DNA of 63,997 bases, counting the filler, from Trypethelium eluteriae (lineage: Eukaryota), in the NCBI GenBank assembly GCA_051942245.1. It is 4 parts of 4 records of this genome, joined end to end, with 100 filler letters (N's around TTAATTAATTAA, not from the genome) between each part and the next. Parts side by side here need not be neighbours in the genome. Positions count along the whole stretch, not along the records: positions 50,389 to 63,997 come from JAVECL010000726.1; 3 more parts are not named here. One strand, 5' to 3'. Position 1 is the stretch's first letter. Each line of letters begins with the position of its first letter. The notes beneath the pieces were generated by a model. It was not told the origin of the DNA. It ran no database searches and saw nothing but the letters and a program-made list of their open reading frames with translations. The position numbers and the translations under genes are program-made. Positions 56,811 through 63,997 of this stretch are shown one piece after another.

Positions 56811-58626
56811 ATGTTGGCCCCAGCACCAGCGGTAGGCGTGCATTTTACTCCTCAACCAGCTTTGAACGAAAGTCAACTTGCCAAGCAAGTTGGACGCGTT
56901 ATTGTTTACCCTAATCCTGATGAGTCCTCGGCTCTATTCAAGGACAGATTCAGCCAGGGAAATGAAGCCATACTCAAATTCATGTGGAAGCAATCGGCCT
57001 ACAGACAAGTTGCAGTTCCGAGCTCCCGGGACTTCGTTCCCTACATTGAAATTGGATACGCTGCCTCAGCCGATATCCGTATTCCCACGAGAGCGGAATT
57101 AGAAGAAGCACTCGACGCATACAGCAACCAAACTAACTCGAGCCAGAGGCAAGAATCTGCACCTTCTTCTAGCTCTCGATCAGATACAAGCTCAAACAGC
57201 GATAATATGGAGGTTGATGAGGATTTCCTAAGTATGTCATGTCTTCCTCTTCCTATAATCACCGAACGTCTCACTAAATCTTGCACCTTTCCAAGGCGAT
57301 TCGCAAATGTGCCTCGAGGAACACTGTCCAGATATGACCATAAGAGTCTATCCCGACTCCAACAGTGGCGCTGCTGTCGTGCACAACTTATCTGGCAGCC
57401 GGGTTGGCTTCCTGTGCAGCACCGATCCTCATGTAAACCCTGTTTTAAATACTGGCGAGTTTGCTAGACTGCCGAACGAAGCTCAGGATAGCATGGAATT
57501 CGATATCATCACGGGCAATGGTCTACTGAGGTTGCAAATTTTACGCCCTCCGGATATCCTTTGCACTCAACCGAGTGGTAGCTCGAACCAAGAGTTACAG
57601 ATACAGGAGCGAACCATGACCAGACCGCTCATTGCGCAGTTGTATTTAAAAGCTGCTCCGGGCCAAGAAGCCCACTTTCCGACCACAGGCGACATCGCGG
57701 GATACTCCTTGATTTGGATGGATCGATTGAGGTTTCCCATCAAGAATATCAGCGTCATCTCCATAGTCAAGGACCCGGCCGCAAATTTCTTCCTATCACA
57801 AACAATCGACACACGGACGAGCGGGCCTATGGATCTTGTTGTTGCTTCTACGAAATTTGCGGATCAGAGGAGAATGAATGGGCTTCTTTTCAGAAACGTA
57901 AGTCAACAAATAGCGACACAGGGAATATCAACTGACGTCTCCTAGCCTTGTTTAATGAAAGCTATGGCATTCGATCCACGAACACTTACTACCTTATTCG
58001 ACCACGAGGAGTGCAGAAGTCTTGCAGAGCCCCAATTTCTCCAACGACACGGGTACACCAACCTAGAAGAAAAAGATGTACTGCAAGTACTGGCAGGTGT
58101 TGCGACCCTGCTTCAAGATATGCATCATCTTGGACTCGTTCACGGACTAATCGAACCTGCCAATATCTTTTACTCTCGTTCGAAGCGTCGCGTGAAGGTC
58201 ATGTCACTGATGAACGTGGCATCGGGCAACGACTTTTTCACATACGGCGGGATGATAGATTGCGTCCAGGCCTGGTATCTGGCCCCAGAAGAAGTGGACG
58301 GCGGGAAGCGGACTCGAGAGGGCGATATTTTCGCCCTCGGCGTCACCGGGCTCTTTCTCTTGGGTGTCATGCCCCTGCCCGAGACAAATTCGGGCCAATT
58401 CCACATTCAAGCTCTCACCCTCCAGGAACCCCAGCGCACTACTAGGGGCGCCGTGGAGGAGATGTGGAAGTGGCTCGACAGGGCTGCTTGGGGCGGGGAG
58501 TGCGTCCCAGCAGAAGAGGGGAGCCTGAGGGCGCTGCTGGGTGAGATGGTCTCAAAAGAGGCCTGGATGCGGCCTTCCGCAAGGAGGGTCAAGGAGTTCG
58601 TAGATGGGATGGGGGCCATAGCCTAA
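56811..58626 (+). CDS. Protein-kinase-fold protein with degenerate catalytic motifs (probable pseudokinase), three exons
   Basis: Introns about 57232-57295 (GTATGT...AAG) and 57898-57945 (GTAAGT...CTGAC...TAG) join three ORFs. C-lobe motifs WYLAPEE, GDIFALGVTGL and RPSA are intact, but the catalytic loop is VHGLIEPAN and there is no DFG. Confidence 0.75.
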
Positions 58627-59450
58627 TGGCTATGGCTCGGATAGCAAATAGGTAGCGACAACGAAGACAAAAGTATTTTTTAAATTCCTTCTAACTGCAG
58701 ATTTTACGGAGTTTAATGCGTAAAGCACACACTGGAGCACAATGCCGTGAAGTTACGAAACTTACTCCATGAGGTTATGGCGTGCCACCTACTCAGGACG
58801 CTCACCCTTACTTCACCTTCGCGACCGAGCTTAATTTAGTAGTACAAAAGATTCTCAACTTCACGCAACCGACCCCAGAGATCTATTTGCAGGCATGGTA
58901 GTCCGAAACAGGGCCACTTGGACTGATGCACAAGGATTCTGTGTGGAGGCGGTGATGCGAACTAGTCAGGTCTGCCGTCTGGCCTGGATAGGGGCCACGA
59001 TTGAAGTATATTGAAGCTCACAGAAGGTGCTATGACTGGTATACTACTGACTGGCTACCAAATGAGCCTCCTAGAAGGTCCCTTTCCTCTCCATTTACCT
59101 CTTTGAATCTTATTCACTCCTCGCTCTCTTCTCTTCTCTTCTCTTCTTACTTGTCCTTCCTTTCAAGCCCAGTTCTATCTTATGCACATGAGAATATGCT
59201 TAGGGGCCGTCCGATTCTTTTACAAAGAGCAGAAGGAAATGGCCAAGTATTTGGCATACTGGAAGGCTCAGATTGGCACGCTTGGATACTTGAAAGGAGC
59301 AGCAACGGCGTTAATGACTAGGAAAGTGGCCGAGGTCGGCATCACTCGGGAGATGAACGACCAGGAGATCACAGAGGAGAGGAAGCGGGAGCTTCATTAG
59401 TGAATGTAAGAGAATGGTTGACAGTCTAACTATATAATTCAGAACAGCAA

Positions 59451-60693
59451 TTAGTGTGGCCAGTGCTTCCCAATCACTTCTCTGACATCTTCGACAATGC
59501 CTTTCGGATCCTCCAAGCACGCAAAATGACCCGCATAGTCTCGCTCTCGATACCACACTAGATTTCCAGTCCGCTCGGCGCCTCGCTTGCTACTGGGCGC
59601 CGAGTCGAAGGCAAAACTAGTGTAGCCGAATGGACATTTAATAAGATTCTCCTCTTTCATGGCCACTGTCACGAATTGCTCATGATTGAAATTCTCGATC
59701 AAAGGTAAGCAGCTCGTCATGATGCAGTTGCTGAAGTAATATAGGCAGAGGGTCGTGAGTATGTGGTCTTTCCAGGAATTTTCTACCTGCTTTTGAGGAT
59801 TCGCTAGTTCCAAGTACTGGGTTCCACCAGTCAGCGTTATTTAATGTACCGCGGGAGCAGTCAGTTCAGCAGCCAGCTAGAAAAAAAAAAAAGCACTTCT
59901 TCTCACTCACTTTCTCTCCAACAAAAGCCAGTAAACCCACGGGGTTATCCTGCAGCATCCACCCCACGCAATGCGGGCGCGTTCTCATTAGTGTTGCGTA
60001 TCCCAAATGCATGGTCCTCCAATTCACACCCCTCGCTTGAATCTCTCTCTCACGTTGTGTGGGCTCAATACCCTCCGGCACGGCTCCAGGACAGTAGTTA
60101 AGATGGATCACTTGACAATGATCCGAATACTGTGCACCAAGCTCCCTAGCGACGAACTGACCCCAGTCACCAGCTTGGACGCAGTACTGGTCGTAGCCCA
60201 GTCTCTCCAGGAGTTTGTGGAAGAGGCGCGCGGTGTCTTTCATTTTCCAGCCACGTTGGGGCGGTCCAGAGCTCCAGCAAAAGCCGGGCAGGCTAGGGAC
60301 GACACAGTGGAAGCTTCGTTGCCCAGTCTTCTCGTCTGACAACGGATTGATGACTTCACTAAATTCATGGAATGAGCCTGGCCATCCGTGTACCAGTAGA
60401 AGCGGAATTGCATTGGGTGCTGCGGATCTCTGGTGTATGAAGTGGACGTTGATGTCTTCAATCTCGGTCGTGAAGTGTGGCCACTGGTTCAAGTCATCTT
60501 CCGCTTTCTGCCACGAGTACGACTTGAGCCAGTAGTTGTAGAGCTCGGTGGCCCATTCAGTCGGGAATCCGTAATCGCTTCCGGCCCCTGGCACAATGTC
60601 TTGAGTTGGTACTCTTGTGTCACGAAGCTTCTCGTACAGCCTGTCGACTTCGCTTTGCGCGATGTCGACTTTGAAAGGCTTGATTTGCGCCAT
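59451..60693 (-). CDS. Epoxide hydrolase (microsomal/EHN alpha/beta-hydrolase family)
   Basis: IKPFKVDI, HFIHQRS, LLVHGWPGSF, VVPSLPGF, nucleophile QAGDWG and GHFACLE. Intron about 59819-59907. Confidence 0.93.
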
Positions 60694-61488
60694 GGTAATC
60701 GAACTCAACCTCCATTTCGAAAGTCGTATCCGAACCTCTTCATGTAGTATTCCAAGCCGGAGGAATTTTGCGTACTTGCTTACTGTATAGCTCTGCGCTG
60801 TCTCATGCTCAGAATAACTATTGGACCGTTAAGGAGGGGGGCGTGGGAGAAGTTGACATGGTTCAAGCGGCAGACGGGCGGACCGAATTTGAGGCACCAC
60901 ACAATCGGGATTTCCCTATCAACTCCACCAAAATTACTAGCAGATTGTATCTCTATTTGGCTGCTGCTTTGATAGTATACTTCAGTGACATTGAAGACCT
61001 ATTTACTATGGAGCTCGAAGCTATTGAATTTGCTGCTTAGCTTATTATTTTTAAATTCGGTTGCATGGTCTTTGTACTATTTACCGATACTGTGAGCGGG
61101 GTTTATGGGGAAATCCTGGTTGCGTGGTCCCAGAAATCCTGTCCGCATACCTAGCGGCGGCATAAGGGTGGCTAGAAACACGAGAAAGAGTCTAGTCTCA
61201 TCGTTGAATTCCGAGTTAATGATAGATAGATCTTGAGCTTTACAACAAAGACATTTGTATCCCTGATACTCTGTTCTTAAGTTCAAACTATATCATTCTT
61301 CTGAGTTTGAGATGCGGACTTACTTGTCTAGGGGGTGAGATATCTAGGATAATACTGTTGGAGATCAAGCTGGAACCTGAGGTGTAACAGCTAAATGTGT
61401 GTTTATTTAAGGCCTCATCAGCCTCAGCTACCACCTCGAATATCAATTTCTACAAATACAGAGGACGTTGTGACTAAGCCATAGCGCG

Positions 61489-61602
61489 GTAGACCCTAAC
61501 GCGCGGGATGACGAGAGGAGAGAACGAGAGAGAGCGAGAGAGAAGAAAAAAGAAAGAACAACGAGTCACAAAAGCAGGCGATCGCGAGTTACATGGGTCT
61601 AC
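61489..61602. mobile_element. MITE-like element with imperfect terminal inverted repeats and GA-rich interior
   Basis: Left end GTAGACCC-TAAC-GCGCG; reverse complement of the right end is GTAGACCC-ATG-TAAC-TCGCG. Interior is an (AG)n/A-rich tract. No clear target-site duplication. Confidence 0.5.
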
Positions 61603-61963
61603 AGATGAGCTATTAGTCAAGTTCCGGGCCAGATGATAAGAGTTTAGGTTTACTCAGAACCACCTCAGGCTTAGCAAGCTCAAGTCCTGCAAATGTCTTG
61701 TAGCTCCAGTTCTCGGCAACGTCACCTGCTCCTTGGCGTGCCCCAAGCTGGAGCTGGGCTGCAGTTGAGGACCCGATCGACTATCCGCCATTGGCGAGAT
61801 TGGAATGTATGGTTGAAGGGGTGGAAGCTAAGGTGACATTGAAAACGACCCATGATGCTATGGGACAAGTATCTTCGGCCGCACTGGTTCTCAATGGGAA
61901 GTTCGTAAGAGACGTTTCAATGACTGTAGAGAAGAGTCTGCCATCGGGACAGACATCGTAGAG
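61603..61963 (+). pseudogene. Fragment of a HET-domain-family (heterokaryon incompatibility) gene, C-terminal region
   Basis: PANVL*...PWRAPSWSWAAVEDPIDY...DAMGQVSSAALVLNGK matches the RAPSWSWAS and D.FGQV..G.L.L.G motifs found downstream of HET domains. The Trp of LLW is TAG. Not in the ORF track. Confidence 0.72.
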
Positions 61964-62037
61964 ACTATATTCAAGGCGTGAAATATCAGGTTAGTTATGA
62001 AGGAGTTGGGTACGACATTTTGTCGGATGATCTAGAT

Positions 62038-62567
62038 GAAGATATTGCCATATTAGGTCTGCAAATTTTCTCCTTAGTTGCCTCATATTACCACTCGACA
62101 TGACTTACGTTACTATGAGCAAAAGGAATTTGTTCTCTTAACCTTTCATAGCCACCATGCTGATGTTCTGTCCATCTGCAATACTTGTCTACAGTCTCTC
62201 GAAAAATGCTCCATTCTACCCCACAAACCCAGATTGGCTGCGAAGTGTCTCCAGCTTCTATCTCGGTATCTTTCTTGGTGTTATTGCGTCCTTGCTCGTC
62301 CAACCACTTGACCATCTTTTCACACCTGGCGACCTAATTGTCCCAGTTCTGTCACACAGAAGGTCCTGCTCGGATATCCAGCTCTTCCAGGTGGATCCCT
62401 TTATGAAGTTTACGCATTCGTTCGGCAATCTGCTTGCTTGTATCTGGGTGTCTGAGGTCTTTTGAGGTAAGAGTACGGGCATGAAAGTACTCCTTGAAGC
62501 GCCCGTTGGCGAAGGTAACCAGGAGGCATGGTTCAATGTTCTTGCGAGCAAGGCGGCGTAAGATAGT
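62038..62567 (-). pseudogene. Choline/ethanolamine kinase pseudogene fragment
   Basis: ILRRLARKNIEP...FANGRFKEYFHARTLT..DLR...TSKQIAERMRKLH...GPSV*QNWDN*V...VCGVEW...FAHSN|T*YGNI. Three in-frame stops (62352, 62334, 62053) and a retained intron at 62059-62108. Confidence 0.88.
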
Positions 62568-62774
62568 AGGCGTTTTCATCACTGCATCCGGTGTGCCACT
62601 TTTCCCGATGGCTTCACGGCAATCGTGGAGCAGTAGTCGGATGTGTGGGGGAGAGCCCCTCGGTAGAGTTTCCTTGAGAAATTCTCCCGAGAGCTCTGAG
62701 ATGCGGTCTGTGAGGAAGACTCCCCTCCTTCGCCTTTTCTATTCGTCCAGGTCTCATGCCTCTGCCTACAATCA

Positions 62775-63900
62775 ATGGATTCGAACGTCGTATGGAGACC
62801 TCCAAAGCCCGGTCACAGTAACATTGCAGCATATCGTCACCATGTGAACAAAAAATTCGGCTTGGACATTCGCGATACGCAAGCGCTGCATCAATGGAGC
62901 ATTGCAAACCCTCACGACTTCTGGATAGATATGTATGGCTATCTCCAGCTCGTGCCTGCTCTTCCACCAAGCATCACGAAAGCATACGATGATACCCTTC
63001 AAATGCGCGCTATCCCAGAGTTCTTCAAGGGGCACACTCTAAACTTCGCAGAGAATGTCTACGCTAGGAATCACACAAGACTGAATGAGATAGCGCTGAT
63101 TGAATTGCGGGAAGGCATGGGCTTGGAGGGCAAGAAGGTCACATGGGCTGAATTGTGGGAGAGGGTAAGGGTCACGAGAAGTGCGCTGAGGAGGTCTGGC
63201 ATCAAAGAAGGGGATCGAGTGGCCGCTCTTGTTGCCAATTCAGTGTGGGCCGTCGTACTTTTCCTTGCAACTGGTAGTTTGGGTGCCATTTTTACAAGTA
63301 TATCCCCGGATCTAGGTACAGAGGTAGGTCAATGCATCTCCCAACTGAGAGGAAGCTACGGTGAGCCTAAAATGAGAGTAGGGTTGCGTCTCAAGATTAA
63401 AGCAAGTCACACCAAGCATCTTATTTGCAGATGGCGACTCTACCTATAAGGGCCACCGATCTTCCATGATATCAAAGATTGAATCCATTCTCCAACAACT
63501 CAGCGAACAGCCGCAAATCTTTATCATTCCTGTCTCCCAGCCCGTATCAAAATACCCACATATCGACGAGTTCGTTGCAAGGGCTTCTCCTTCAGACAAA
63601 TTGGAATTTAAACGCGTTCCATTCAATTATCCACTCTTCATCTGTTATTCCAGCGGAACAACTGGAGCACCGAAATGCATCGTCCATCAACACGGCATCA
63701 TCTTCCAACTAGTAAAAGTCGAAATCATGCATGACAATCTCGGCCCCAGCGACACCGTCATGCAGTTCACCAGCACAACCTGGATCGTCTTCTACGTCCT
63801 CAACGGCCAACTCGCCGCAGGTGCAACCTGTATCTGCTACGACGGTTCCCCCATGTACCCCGACATCCGCTTCATGCCCCGCGTCCTCGAAAAATACAAG
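62775..63900 (+). CDS. Acetoacetyl-CoA synthetase (acetoacetate-CoA ligase), 3' part beyond the window
   Basis: VWRPP, LHQWSI, LNFAEN, GDRVAA, GAIFTSISPDLG and AMP-binding YSSGTTGAPKCIVH. Intron about 63324-63381; next donor GTAAGC at about 63900. Confidence 0.92.
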
Positions 63901-63997
63901 TAAGCCCTCAAACTCCCCTCAATCCCTGCAGTCCGCTCTCCTCTCCTACGGCTCCCCCTTTTTCACCCTCTCTCCCTCCCCAACTGACCCCACTTCC

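Noticed and set aside
59182..59400. 72-aa ORF with a protein-like C-terminus after a (CTCTT)n tract
   Set aside because: No family recognised and no convincing start or upstream exon.
61494..61500. Telomere-like CCCTAAC (also CTAACCC near 50393)
   Set aside because: Single heptamers, one within the RRP14 coding sequence; no tandem array.
1..63997. CRISPR arrays, rRNA, tRNA, spliceosomal snRNAs and intact transposases
   Set aside because: No repeat-spacer array, cloverleaf, snRNA signature or transposase/RT motif seen by eye; a tRNAscan and Rfam run would be needed to exclude small RNAs.

Overview
This is fungal nuclear DNA from a filamentous ascomycete (Pezizomycotina), with short GT-AG introns and CTRAC/CTRAY branch points. 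It is not one locus. Three identical 100-nt assembly linkers (N44-TTAATTAATTAA-N44) split it into four contigs. The first three have descending lengths (at least 16,714; 16,700; 16,674 bp), so the contigs look size-sorted and probably are not neighbours. Contig 1 is mostly housekeeping: SEC20, MRPL44, IPP1, a glycine-rich RRM protein, RCL1, a PWI/SRm160-like splicing factor and a GH71 glucanase. Contig 2 has an allantoate-type MFS permease, a decayed ORF, an Aim9-like phosphotransferase, a LIM-RhoGAP and an SDR. Contig 3 is accessory-rich: a secreted Hsp70-ATPase-like protein head-to-head with a secreted zincin, an FKBP fused to a STIMATE/YPL162C-type membrane domain, a DHA1 MFS transporter, an isochorismatase, a frameshifted pseudogene, a HeLo/SesA-like NB-ARC-TPR NLR, and a candidate structured ncRNA cut by the gap. 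Contig 4 has RRP14, two hypothetical genes, a pseudokinase, an epoxide hydrolase, a MITE with HET-family and choline-kinase relics, and an acetoacetyl-CoA synthetase. The best leads are the FKBP-STIMATE fusion, the Hsp70-like/zincin pair, the candidate ncRNA, recurrent C-to-G skew-inversion islands, and a possible poison splice site in the RRM gene. All identifications come from manual motif recognition; no database search was run.
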